The position numbers were made by a program, and so were the translations under genes. Below the pieces are notes generated by a model. The model saw nothing but the letters and a program-made list of their open reading frames with translations. It was not told the DNA's origin and ran no database searches. Positions 1 through 9,260 of a DNA stretch of 64,000 bases are shown in pieces. Within the stretch, counting starts at the first letter, position 1. The number at the start of each line of letters is the position of its first letter. The stretch comes from Caldilineales bacterium (GTDB taxonomy: Bacteria; Chloroflexota; Anaerolineae; JAAEKA01), in NCBI GenBank assembly GCA_041391245.1, contig JAWKOJ010000020.1, positions 33,345 through 97,344 of the forward strand, written 5' to 3'.

Positions 1-1
1 C

Positions 2-517
2 AGCGGCACAGGCAAGGAAGTGCGCGTCCTGGTGTTCGCCGAAGGCGATGCAGCACGGGCCGCCGAAGAAGCAGGCGCTGACTTCGTCGGCAGCGACGAG
101 TTGGTGAACAAGATCAACGGCGGATGGACCGATTTCGACATGGCGGTAGCAACCCCGTCAATGATGAAGAAGGTCGGTCGCCTCGGCCGTGTGCTTGGCC
201 CGCGCGGGCTGATGCCCAGCCCCAAGGCCGGCACCATTGTTGAGGAAGACGATCTGGCGCGCGTCATCGCCGAGGCCCGGCAAGGCCGTGTCGAGTTCAA
301 GGTCGACAAGACCGCCAATCTGCACCTGCCCATCGGCAAGGTGAGCTTCACACAGGAACAACTCATGGCCAACATGGTGGCTGCTATGGACGCAATAGTC
401 CGCGCCAGGCCATCGGGCGCCAAGGGTGTCTATATCAAGCGCGTGACGGTGACATCGACCATGGGACCAGGCATCCGCGTGGATCCAAATCAGGCGTCCG
501 CGCTGAAGACGGCCTAG
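2..517 (+). CDS. rplA: 50S ribosomal protein L1, C-terminal portion (gene truncated by window start)
   Basis: The ORF track translation (20..517; frame continues to window edge) matches L1 by eye: ...[39 protein letters not shown]...; followed by rplJ-rplL in canonical order. Confidence 0.9.
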   Translation, partial: SGTGKEVRVLVFAEGDAARAAEEAGADFVGSDELVNKINGGWTDFDMAVATPSMMKKVGRLGRVLGPRGLMPSPKAGTIVEEDDLARVIAEARQGRVEFKVDKTANLHLPIGKVSFTQEQLMANMVAAMDAIVRARPSGAKGVYIKRVTVTSTMGPGIRVDPNQASALKTA

Positions 518-844
518 CACCGAACGGAGTAAGTCCGTCAGCAGTTTCGCTGACGAGCAGCTACCCTGCTGCCCGTCGCATTAACAATTCAGGTCTATCC
601 AGACCGTTGCCAATGATAGCAGGCGCCAATCTGGCTTAATCGCTGGCCTGCCGAGGTGACAGGTTCGAGACAAACAACGCAACTGCGCTGCGTGCTGGTG
701 GTGCGCGTCAGTTGCGGTTCACGGCAGCCTGGCGTTGCCGGAACATCTTTGTGTCCTTGAGCCTTCGCCCCTGCCGGAGCGAAGGCTTTTTTGTTTGTCT
801 GCTTCGACGGCGGTCTGAGAATCTACGAAAAGGAGGTGAAAGGC
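518..844 (+). promoter_or_regulatory. rplJ 5' leader (candidate L10(L12)4 autoregulatory leader)
   Basis: A 327-nt untranslated gap between rplA stop and rplJ start. In many bacteria this position holds the L10 leader RNA. Structure not verified. Confidence 0.4.
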
Positions 845-1411
845 TTGGCAATCACCAAATCCAAGAAGGAACAGTTGATCGAGTCCTATCTCGAGCATCT
901 GACCACAAGCCGTGCCATCGTGTTCAGCGAGTATCGCGGCACCGGCGTACAGCAGATCCAGAAGCTGCGCGGACAGATGCGCGCCCATGACACGTCGATC
1001 GTTGTGGTCAAAAACACACTGATCGAAATAGCGCTGCAGCGGGCCAACATGCCTGTGCCGGCAGAGCACCTGACTGGCCCTACGGCTGTTGTGTTTCTCC
1101 CGGACGACACAGCAGCGGCCGCCAAGGCGCTTTTCGACGCCGCCAAGGATGTCGATACCTTCAGCATCAAGGGCGCGATTTTGGAAGGCCAGGTGCTGAG
1201 CGCCGAGGCTGCCAAGGAGCTGCGCAACCTGCCCAGTCGCTCCGATGTCCTGGGCCAACTGTTAGGCGTGCTGCAGGCACCGGCCAGTGAGCTGGTGCGC
1301 ACACTGGAAGCGCCTGCCAACGAGCTCTATCGGACGCTGCAAGCGCCTCTGCGTGAGTTGGCGCTTACCATTCAGTCCTATGCCGACAAGGGCGCACAAG
1401 CAAGCGCCTGA
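845..1411 (+). CDS. rplJ: 50S ribosomal protein L10
   Basis: Translation AITKSKKEQLIESYLEHLTTSRAIVFSEYRGTGVQQIQKLR... TTG start at 845 preceded by AGGAGGTG RBS (831-838). In frame with ORF 791..1411. Confidence 0.9.
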   Translation: MAITKSKKEQLIESYLEHLTTSRAIVFSEYRGTGVQQIQKLRGQMRAHDTSIVVVKNTLIEIALQRANMPVPAEHLTGPTAVVFLPDDTAAAAKALFDAAKDVDTFSIKGAILEGQVLSAEAAKELRNLPSRSDVLGQLLGVLQAPASELVRTLEAPANELYRTLQAPLRELALTIQSYADKGAQASA

Positions 1412-1483
1412 ACTGAGACGCTGGCTAATGCAGCCAGCACCAAATCAAACTCGTAAACAAACATTCCCTTTAGGAGGACTTTC

Positions 1484-1879
1484 ATGTCTGAGAAGATTGC
1501 ACAGGTTAAGGAACTGCTCAACTCACTGACGCTGCTCGAAGCCGCGCAGCTGGCCAAGGAACTTCAGGAGGACTGGGGCGTCAGCGCCGCCGCTCCTATG
1601 ATGGCTATGGCCGCTATGCCGGCTGCCGGCGGCGGCGCCGCGGCGGCTGCCGAAGAAGTTGAAGAGCAGACCGAGTTCGATGTCGTGTTGACGGAGATCG
1701 GCGACAACAAGATCAACGTCATCAAGGAAGTGCGCAAGCTCACCAACCTGGGCCTGAAAGAGGCCAAGGAACTGGTCGAGAGCGCCCCTTCGACCATCAT
1801 GACGGGCGTCGCCAAAGAGGCGGCCGCAGAGGGCAAGACAGCCCTGGAAGCCGCCGGCGCCAAGGCGCAGGTCAAATAA
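1484..1879 (+). CDS. rplL: 50S ribosomal protein L7/L12
   Basis: [38 protein letters not shown]...Ala/Gly hinge...[27 protein letters not shown], typical L7/L12. RBS GGAGGA upstream. Confidence 0.95.
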   Translation: MSEKIAQVKELLNSLTLLEAAQLAKELQEDWGVSAAAPMMAMAAMPAAGGGAAAAAEEVEEQTEFDVVLTEIGDNKINVIKEVRKLTNLGLKEAKELVESAPSTIMTGVAKEAAAEGKTALEAAGAKAQVK

Positions 1880-1902
1880 GCATTGCCTGTTCCGGGAAAT
1901 CA

Positions 1903-1939
1903 GAAGCCCCAACCGTCTCGGCGGTTGGGGCTTCTTTCG
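1903..1939 (+). terminator. rho-independent terminator after rplL
   Basis: GAAGCCCCAACCG-tctcg-GCGGTTGGGGCTTC followed by TTTCG: a 13-bp GC-rich stem then a T-tract. The next gene is on the opposite strand. Confidence 0.7.
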
Positions 1940-1993
1940 CGATAATCATCGGACGCTCGGCTCTTCCAGCGAAGTTGAACGTCTCTGACCGTG

Positions 1994-2850
1994 CTACCCG
2001 TCAGCGGGCGGGGCGGCCAACACCTGGTTGATCACGTCAACAAGCTGATCGTACTCCACAAAGCCAGGAATTCGTGTTCCCTGGCCGGTGGCCGGGCTGA
2101 AGATGAAGAAGGTGGGCGTCCCGGTCACGCCGGCGCTCTGGCCCAGCGCCTGGTCTTCCTGCCAGCGCTGACGGCCGCCGCCGCTGTCCAGGCAGGCGCG
2201 GAAAGCCGCAGTGTCAAGCCCCAGGTCCCCGGCGTATTCCTCAAACTTTCCGGGCAGGTCAGCCACGGCGCCCCAACTGGCGTTCTCCTCGAACAGCAGC
2301 TCCTTCATCTCCCAGAACTTGCCTTGCTGGGCCGCGCACTCAGCTGCCTCGGCGGCGTCATCGGCGCGGTCGTGACTGGGGAGCGGGTAGTGTTTGTAGA
2401 TCAGGCGGACGGTTCCATCGGCGACCAACGTTTCCTCCAGTTTCGGTTCTGTCTCCAGCACGTGGCGACGGCAGAACGGTCACTGAAAGTCTGAGAAGTC
2501 GATGATGATAATCGGCGCGTCGGCAGCTCCCAGCGTGGGAGAGCCGTCCAGCGTGAAACCGGGCCGGTCGGGGTCAACGCTCAGCGGGTCCGGTTCTTCG
2601 GCGGCTGTATCGCTGCCGGTGGACGCGTCGCTCTGGCTCGCGTCGCCCTGACCGGTGTCTGGCCCGCGTCGGTTGACACAGCGGTCGGTTCGGTGGGCGC
2701 TGTCGTTGCCGTCGGCGCCTCGGCGGGCGCTTGCTCGATGGTGGCCTCGACGTTGGACAACCCGGTGTCCACCGGCGCGGCTGGCGCTTGACAGGCCAAC
2801 AGCACAAGGCTCAGCGCGAGCAGCAGCCCCAGTACAGGAAGCTTGCGCAT
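1994..2850 (-). CDS. DsbA-like thiol:disulfide oxidoreductase lipoprotein, candidate selenoprotein (in-frame UGA at first Cys of CxxC; one apparent -1 frameshift near 2650-2670)
   Basis: N-terminus MRKLPVLGLLLALSLVLLAC (signal peptide with lipobox), then a Thr/Ala/Pro/Asp linker. Downstream in the -1 frame: ...GSPTLGAADAPIIIIDFSDFQ-[TGA at 2480-2482]-PFCRRH-VLETEPKLEETLVADGTVRLIYKHYPL...GVTGTPTFFI (cis-Pro loop). The TGA sits exactly where the DsbA family has FSDFQ-C-PFC. A possible imperfect stem-loop (GUUCUG..CCA-CGUGC-UGG..CAGAAC) starts about 3 nt 3' of the UGA. Confidence 0.55.
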
Positions 2851-2861
2851 GAAAGTTCTCC

Positions 2862-3995
2862 TCAGATCTCAGAATCGGTCATTGGATGCACAACGGCATC
2901 GACCAGATAAATGCTGTGGCCGCTTTGCTTGATCTGGTCCACGATCTCGCGCACGCCCTCAGCGCGCTCGCGCGGGCAGACCAGCACAGCGTCCTCGGTG
3001 TCGATGATGATCAGGTTTTCCACTCCCACCGTTGCCACCAGTCGGTCGGCGGCGGTATAGATCAGCGTGTTGCGCGTGTTGGGTGTGGCAGTGAGGCCAC
3101 GGCCGCGAACGACGTTGCCGTGGTCGTCTCCCTCCAGCACCTCCAGCAGCGTCGCCCAACTGCCGATGTCGGTCCAACCGATGTCAACCGGCAGCACGAC
3201 GATATCTTCGGCGCGCTCCATGATGCCATAGTCGATGGTCTGGTGCGGCAGCGTCGGGAAGACCCGCTGCACGGTCGCCTCCGCTTGCGGGGTGCCCAGG
3301 CTGGCCGAAATCTCACGCAACCCCGCGTGCAGTTCGGGCATATGGCGGGCAAACTCGGCCATGATACGGTCGACGCGCCAGGCAAACAATCCGGAGTTCC
3401 AACTGTGGCGGCCATCGGCCAGGAAGCGTTCCGCCGTCGGCTGGTCAGGCTTTTCTACGAAGCGCACCACCCGGTAAACCGGGTGGCCGGCGGCAGCCGG
3501 CAGCGCATCGCCCTGTTCCACGTACCCCAACCCGGTGTGGGCAAAGGTCGGCTTGATCCCCAGCGTCACCAGCGGGCCGCGTTCTGCAACTTCGGCAGCC
3601 GCCGCCAACGCGTCGCGGAAGGCCTGCGGCTTGAGGATCAGGTGATCGGCATGCACCGAGGCCATGATCGCGTCCGGCTGGATGTGGCCGGCCAGCGCCG
3701 CGCCCAGTCCGACAGCGGCAGCCGTGCCGCGCGGCAACGGTTCGCCGACCACGTGACCGGCCGGAAGTTCAGGCAACTGGCGACGGGCGATGTCCACGTA
3801 CTGCGCGTTGGTAACGACCAGTATCCTCTCCGGGGGCACCAGCGGCGTCAGCCGGCGAAAGGTCTCCTGTAGCATCGTTCCGTCGCCGGTGAAGTCGAGG
3901 AACTGCTTGGGGTATGCCTGACGGCTGCGCGGCCACAGTCTGGTTCCGCTGCCGCCGGCCAGGATAACGATGACGAGTCGGTCGGTGGTATTCAT
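2862..3995 (-). CDS. manC: mannose-1-phosphate guanylyltransferase (GDP-mannose pyrophosphorylase)
   Basis: MNTTDRLVIVILAGGSGTRLWPRSRQAYPKQFL... (nucleotidyltransferase G-rich loop). The ORF 2862..4742 has a spurious N-terminal extension; real ATG at 3993-3995. Confidence 0.85.
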   Translation of the reverse strand: MNTTDRLVIVILAGGSGTRLWPRSRQAYPKQFLDFTGDGTMLQETFRRLTPLVPPERILVVTNAQYVDIARRQLPELPAGHVVGEPLPRGTAAAVGLGAALAGHIQPDAIMASVHADHLILKPQAFRDALAAAAEVAERGPLVTLGIKPTFAHTGLGYVEQGDALPAAAGHPVYRVVRFVEKPDQPTAERFLADGRHSWNSGLFAWRVDRIMAEFARHMPELHAGLREISASLGTPQAEATVQRVFPTLPHQTIDYGIMERAEDIVVLPVDIGWTDIGSWATLLEVLEGDDHGNVVRGRGLTATPNTRNTLIYTAADRLVATVGVENLIIIDTEDAVLVCPRERAEGVREIVDQIKQSGHSIYLVDAVVHPMTDSEI

Positions 3996-4538
3996 TGCAC
4001 GAGAGTATAGCTTAAAGAACGGCAGGCAGCAAGTTGAACGGGGCGAAAGCCGCTCCGCAACCTGATAATAGTGCCTATTTCTGGCGGCAATGTTGCTCAA
4101 TTTCCTGCGAGCGCAAAATCTGGGTCGCGAACATGGCGCAATCATAGCGCATGTGAACGCTCCCATGATATGATGCCGATTGTCGCCTTGGTTTGACGCC
4201 GTGCGCTGCATTGTCTTCTCATCGATGCGGCATTGTGTGTTGTGCAGCGTTTGCACGGTTTCTGTGTTTTGCGAAATCCAAGCATTCATGCTAGACTTTG
4301 ACTGCGCAATACCACGCCCGGTTTGTTCGTTCGGCTCCTGCTGACCTTGCTGGCTCGCAACCAGCTCATGTGTCTCTCTTTTCAGTCCGGCATCTTTGCG
4401 TTGCAGTATTGGTTTCCTCTCCATCTTGTAAGTCGCTTCCGACGGCGAGTCGCCGCACGCTTGAAGAAAGGAGGTATCTCGCGCCAGGTAACTTTCTTCG
4501 TCCCATCGTCTTCGTGTGTTCTGCTTGAATATCGACCC

Positions 4539-4556
4539 TGTTACATCGACGTAACA
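4539..4556. promoter_or_regulatory. operator-like imperfect palindrome upstream of glpF
   Basis: TGTTACATCGACGTAACA (TGTTACaT / aCGTAACA) lies 44 bp upstream of the glpF ATG in an AT-richer leader. TGTT..AACA-type palindromes are characteristic of GlpR-like operators. Confidence 0.3.
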
Positions 4557-4599
4557 AAAATTCTTTGCATACCAATCATTCCATTCAAGGAGGAATAGA

Positions 4600-5310
4600 A
4601 TGGGTACCCAAATTCTTATCAGTGAGATCATCGGCACCATGTTGTTGCTGCTCTTGGGCGATGGCGTGGTGGCGAATGTGGTGTTGAAGGGAACCAAGGG
4701 CAACAGCTCAGGATGGATCGTGATCACCTGGGGATGGGGCATGGCGGTCTTCGTTGGCGCCTATGCGGCCGTGGCCATGGGCAGCGGCGCGCATCTGAAT
4801 CCTGCGGTTACCATCGGTCTCTTCGTTGCAGGCGTAACCCCGGCTGCTGAAGTTCCCTACTACCTGGTCGGCGAGTTTGTTGGCGCGTTTCTTGGCGCAT
4901 TCCTGGTTTGGCTGCACTACCATCAGCACTTTGCGGGCACCGACGATCCGGGCGCGAAGCTGGCCGTTTTCTGCACCGGTCCTGCGATCCGCGGCACTGC
5001 AATGAACCTGATCTCTGAAATCATCGGCACATTCGTGCTGATGTTCGCCATCCTGGCCATTCCGCAGGCGTTTAACCTGCCGGGGCCGTATACCGTTGGC
5101 TTGGCTGTGTTGGTCATCGGTCTCGCGCTTGGCGGTACCACGGGCTATGCCATCAACCCCGCCCGTGACCTGTCACCCCGCATCGCACACGCAATTCTGC
5201 CGATCCCTGGCAAGGGTGGCAGTGATTGGGGTTATTCATGGATACCGGTCGTCGGTCCGATCATCGGCGCCGTTATCGCCGCCCTGGTTGCTGGCGTGGT
5301 AATCCCTTAA
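4600..5310 (+). CDS. glpF: glycerol uptake facilitator (MIP/aquaglyceroporin)
   Basis: Two NPA motifs (HLNPAVT, INPARD), six TM segments, RBS AAGGAGGAA. Confidence 0.9.
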   Translation: MGTQILISEIIGTMLLLLLGDGVVANVVLKGTKGNSSGWIVITWGWGMAVFVGAYAAVAMGSGAHLNPAVTIGLFVAGVTPAAEVPYYLVGEFVGAFLGAFLVWLHYHQHFAGTDDPGAKLAVFCTGPAIRGTAMNLISEIIGTFVLMFAILAIPQAFNLPGPYTVGLAVLVIGLALGGTTGYAINPARDLSPRIAHAILPIPGKGGSDWGYSWIPVVGPIIGAVIAALVAGVVIP

Positions 5311-5497
5311 GTCCGTTGGCTGGTCGTGACGCCTGGTTCGCCTGCTTGCGTTGGGGCGCTACCAGACAAGCGCGACCATGACCTATCTTTCCGGGAGCCG
5401 GGTGAGTGGTGCGGCGATCATCAGACGCCTCATGACACGCCCGGCTCCTGACCCGGTATGTTCTAGCCGTTAGATTGCCGCATAGAGGAGCAATTCG

Positions 5498-6499
5498 ATG
5501 AAGAAACTAATCAACAACCCGGAAGATGTCGTCAAAGAAGAACTGATGGGCGTCGCGCTGGCCCATGAGGATCTGGTGCGCGTACATTTCGATCCAGATT
5601 ACGTGGTGCGCGTCGATGCGCCAATTGCAGACAAGGTCGGCATCGTCTCCGGCGGCGGCAGCGGCCACGAGCCGATGCACGGCGGCTTCGTCGGCATGGG
5701 CATGCTGGACGCGGCCTGTCCGGGCGCGGTCTTCACCTCACCAACGCCTGACCAGATGCTGGAAGCCACCAAGGCCGTCAACGGCGGCGCCGGCGTGCTG
5801 CACATCGTCAAGAACTACACCGGCGACGTGATGAACTTCGAGATGGCAGCCGAGATGGCAGCCGCAGAAGGCATCGAGGTCGCCAGCGTGGTCATCGACG
5901 ACGACGTGGCCGTCGAGAACAGCACCTGGACCGCAGGCCGCCGCGGCGTTGGCGCTACCGTGCTGGCAGAAAAGATCTGCGGCGCGGCGGCGGAAGAGGG
6001 CAAGAGTCTGCAGGATGTGGCCGAACTGTGCCGCAAGGTCAACAGCAACGCCCGCAGCATGGGCATGGCGCTGACCTCCTGCACCGTGCCGCATGCCGGC
6101 AAGCCGACCTTCGACCTGCCCGAGGACCAGATGGAGATCGGCATCGGCATTCACGGCGAGCCGGGCCGCACGCGCATGGACCTGAAGACGGCTGACGAGA
6201 TCACCGAGATGCTTACCAACGCGATCGTCAGCGACCTGCCCTTCGAGAAGGGCGATCACGTCATCGCCATGGTCAACGGCATGGGCGGCACTCCCTTGAT
6301 CGAGCTGTACATCGTGTACCAGCACATGATCAAGGTTCTGCAAGGGCATGGCATCTTCGTCGTTCGCCAGTTGATCGGCAACTACATCACCTCTCTGGAG
6401 ATGGCGGGCTGTTCTATCACCCTGCTCAAGGCGGACGATGAACTGCTGCGCTACTGGGACGCGCCGGTGAAGACGGCCGGGCTGCGCTGGGGCGTGTAA
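5498..6499 (+). CDS. dhaK: dihydroxyacetone kinase, DhaK subunit
   Basis: [30 protein letters not shown] (Dak1 domain signature). Confidence 0.9.
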   Translation: MKKLINNPEDVVKEELMGVALAHEDLVRVHFDPDYVVRVDAPIADKVGIVSGGGSGHEPMHGGFVGMGMLDAACPGAVFTSPTPDQMLEATKAVNGGAGVLHIVKNYTGDVMNFEMAAEMAAAEGIEVASVVIDDDVAVENSTWTAGRRGVGATVLAEKICGAAAEEGKSLQDVAELCRKVNSNARSMGMALTSCTVPHAGKPTFDLPEDQMEIGIGIHGEPGRTRMDLKTADEITEMLTNAIVSDLPFEKGDHVIAMVNGMGGTPLIELYIVYQHMIKVLQGHGIFVVRQLIGNYITSLEMAGCSITLLKADDELLRYWDAPVKTAGLRWGV

Positions 6500-6634
6500 G
6501 CGGCCGATAGCGTATGGCAGATGGCATATGGCATATAGCTGATAGCGTATTGCGGCATTCGTTGCATTCGCGTCAGACCATCCGCCGTCGGCCATCAGCT
6601 ATCAGCCACCAGCCAACACACGGAGAGACGACAA

Positions 6635-7267
6635 GTGATCAAGCGAGAAGACGTGGTCACCTGGCTGACGTGTTACCGCCAGGTGCTGAAGGACAACAAG
6701 GACTACCTGACCGAGCTGGACTCGGCCATCGGCGACGCCGACCACGGCGCTAACATGGATCGCGGCTTCAACGCCGTGCTGGCCAAGCTGCCCACGGTTG
6801 AGGACAAGGATATCGGCACGATCCTGAAGACCACCGGTATGACACTTGTGTCAACCGTCGGCGGCGCCGGCGGGCCGCTCTACGGCACTTTCTTCATGCG
6901 GGCCGGTATGGCGGTCGACGGCAAGGCGGAGTTGACGCCTGCTGAGCTGGCTGCCGCGCTCGATGCCGGCGTGGCCGGCGTGCAGCAGCGCGGCAAGGCA
7001 ACGCCCGGTGAAAAGACGATGCTGGATCTGCTGACGCCCGCCTGCGCGGCCCTGCACGAGGCGCTGGACGGCGGCGCTGACCTCAAGGTCTCGCTGGACG
7101 CGGCCGCTGCCGCTGCGGAGCAGGGCATGAAGGACACCATTCCCATGCTCGCGACCAAGGGGCGCGCCAGCTATCTGGGCGAGCGCAGCATCGGCCACCA
7201 GGACCCCGGCGCGACGTCGTCTTTCCTGCTTATCCAGTGTGCTGCCGATTGCCTTGGCGAGGAGTAA
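6635..7267 (+). CDS. dhaL: dihydroxyacetone kinase, DhaL (ADP-binding) subunit
   Basis: LTELDSAIGDADHGANMDRGF (Dak2 domain signature). No dhaM is recognisable downstream. Confidence 0.9.
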   Translation: MIKREDVVTWLTCYRQVLKDNKDYLTELDSAIGDADHGANMDRGFNAVLAKLPTVEDKDIGTILKTTGMTLVSTVGGAGGPLYGTFFMRAGMAVDGKAELTPAELAAALDAGVAGVQQRGKATPGEKTMLDLLTPACAALHEALDGGADLKVSLDAAAAAAEQGMKDTIPMLATKGRASYLGERSIGHQDPGATSSFLLIQCAADCLGEE

Positions 7268-7544
7268 CCATGGGACGTGTGCTGAGCTGGGCCAAAACGC
7301 TGACCGACCCCGACTCTGGCCGGTTTGACCTCCGCTCTCCTGGGCCTGATCGGTCAATCTCGGGCGGCAGTCAGCCTTCTCATCCACACCGCGCCGAACC
7401 GGCCGGGCACGTCTCGCCGGCACTGGCAACCCATGACCCGCGTTTTCCTGCTAGTTCGACCAAGCCAGCAAAGCCGCTGGCGTCACTACGGCTGCCGGGA
7501 TGGCAGCGCAACGTTTAACTGATGAACAAAGGAGTTCAATTCAA

Positions 7545-9038
7545 ATGACTAGGTATGTAGGTGCAGTAGACCAGGGTACCACCAGTACCCGATTCATGAT
7601 TTTCGACCACAGCGGCGGTGTCGTGGGAGTCCATCAACTTGAACACGAGCAGATCTACCCCAAGGCGGGTTGGGTCGAGCACGATGCGATGGAGATCTGG
7701 GCAAGGACCCAGGATGTCATCAAGGGCGCGATGGAGAAGGCTGGCATCACCGCCGCCGACCTGGCTGCTATCGGCGTCACCAACCAGCGCGAGACCACGC
7801 TGGTGTGGGACAAGAAGACGGGCAAGCCGTATTACAACGCCATCGTCTGGCAGGACACCCGCACCGACAAGATCTGCAACGAGCTGGGCAAGGACGGCGG
7901 GCAGAACCGCTTCCGCGACAAGGTTGGCCTGCCGCTGGCAACCTACTTCTCCGGCCCCAAGATCAAGTGGATCCTGGACAACGTTGAGGGCGTGCGCGCA
8001 GCGGCCGAGCGCGGCGATGCCATCTTCGGCAACATGGACACCTGGGTGATCTGGAACATGACCGGCGGCACTAACGGCGGCGCACACGTGACCGACGTTT
8101 CCAACGCCAGCCGTACCATGTTGATGGACCTGCGCACTCTGGACTGGGACAACGAGATCCTCGGCATCATGGGCATTCCGCGCTCGATGCTGCCCGAGAT
8201 CCGCCCCTCCAGCGATCCCAAGATCTACGGCTACTGGAGCAAGGTGCCGGTCTGCGGCGACCTGGGCGACCAACAGGCGGCCACCGTTGGCCAGACCTGT
8301 TTCGCCCCCGGCGAGGCCAAAAACACCTACGGCACCGGCTGCTTCATGATCATGAACACCGGCACCAAGATCGTCCCCAGCCCCAGCGGACTGCTGACGA
8401 CCCTGTGCTACAAGTTCGGCGATCAACCGGCTGTCTACGCGCTGGAAGGCTCCATCGCCATCACCGGCGCTCTGGTCCAGTGGCTGCGCGACAATCTCGA
8501 CTTCTTCGATTTCTCGATGCATGTCGAGGACTATGCCAAGAGGGTTCCGGACAGCGGCGGCATCTACTTCGTGCCTGCCTTCTCCGGCCTGTTCGCGCCG
8601 TACTGGCAGTCTGACGCCCGCGGCGTCATCGTTGGCCTGACCCGCTTCATCAACAAGAACCACATCTGCCGCGCCGCTCTGGAGGCAACCGCCTACCAGA
8701 CCCGCGAGGTTCTGGACGCCATGGAGAAGGACTCCGGCGTGACCCTGACCGCGCTGAAGGTTGACGGCGGCATGGTGTACAACGACACCCTGATGCAGTT
8801 CCAGTCCGACATCCTGGACGTACCGGTGGTGCGCCCGGTGGTGGCAGAGACGACGGCCCTGGGCGCAGCTTATGCAGCCGGCTACGCTGTCGGCTTCTGG
8901 AATAGCTTCGAGGAGATGAAGCAGAACTGGCAGATCGACCACACCTGGACGCCGACCATGGGCGCCGACGAGCGGGCCACCCTGTACAAGGGTTGGCTGA
9001 AGGCCGTCCAGCGCTCCATGAACTGGCTGGAAGAGTAA
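7545..9038 (+). CDS. glpK: glycerol kinase
   Basis: [27 protein letters not shown]...[11 protein letters not shown]...[25 protein letters not shown] (FGGY sugar kinase, GlpK). RBS AAAGGAG. The ORF begins at 7500 but the ATG at 7545 has the RBS. Confidence 0.92.
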   Translation: MTRYVGAVDQGTTSTRFMIFDHSGGVVGVHQLEHEQIYPKAGWVEHDAMEIWARTQDVIKGAMEKAGITAADLAAIGVTNQRETTLVWDKKTGKPYYNAIVWQDTRTDKICNELGKDGGQNRFRDKVGLPLATYFSGPKIKWILDNVEGVRAAAERGDAIFGNMDTWVIWNMTGGTNGGAHVTDVSNASRTMLMDLRTLDWDNEILGIMGIPRSMLPEIRPSSDPKIYGYWSKVPVCGDLGDQQAATVGQTCFAPGEAKNTYGTGCFMIMNTGTKIVPSPSGLLTTLCYKFGDQPAVYALEGSIAITGALVQWLRDNLDFFDFSMHVEDYAKRVPDSGGIYFVPAFSGLFAPYWQSDARGVIVGLTRFINKNHICRAALEATAYQTREVLDAMEKDSGVTLTALKVDGGMVYNDTLMQFQSDILDVPVVRPVVAETTALGAAYAAGYAVGFWNSFEEMKQNWQIDHTWTPTMGADERATLYKGWLKAVQRSMNWLEE

Positions 9039-9170
9039 GGCGATCCACTACCCAAGACTGACACTCGCAGGAAACAGAAATAGGCGTCTGCGCACCAAGC
9101 GAACACCGTTTCACGGCCAGGACTGTCAGTCGTAAGTTACTACTTTCCAACGTCTTCGCTGACAAACCTT

Positions 9171-9204
9171 GCGGGGCGTCTCTGCAACAGCAGGGGCGCC
9201 CCGC
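9171..9204 (+). terminator. GC-rich hairpin downstream of glpK (weak terminator candidate)
   Basis: GCGGGGCG...CGCCCCGC 8-bp perfect inverted repeat with a large loop, followed by TTGTGT. Confidence 0.25.
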
Positions 9205-9260
9205 TTGTGTCCAGGCTCTGGTGGCCTCCTCCTGTCGCAATCGTATCATCCCGACCCACG

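Noticed and set aside
2480-2482. TGA in DsbA-like gene as an ordinary stop (two separate genes or pseudogene)
   Set aside because: Not fully rejected, but the downstream ORF lacks any N-terminal signal and CxxC without the upstream part, and the upstream part has no start codon of its own. The single-protein read-through model fits the DsbA family architecture much better.
2886-3872. 328-aa ORF on + strand antisense to manC
   Set aside because: Arg/Ala/Gly/Val-rich composition typical of GC-rich antisense shadow ORFs; the sense-strand manC has clear nucleotidyltransferase motifs.
7237-7522. Short ORFs between dhaL and glpK considered as possible dhaM
   Set aside because: No PTS EIIA/HPr-like motifs; composition looks non-coding.
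7536-8942. 468-aa ORF antisense to glpK
   Set aside because: Shadow ORF; glpK on the + strand has unmistakable FGGY kinase motifs.
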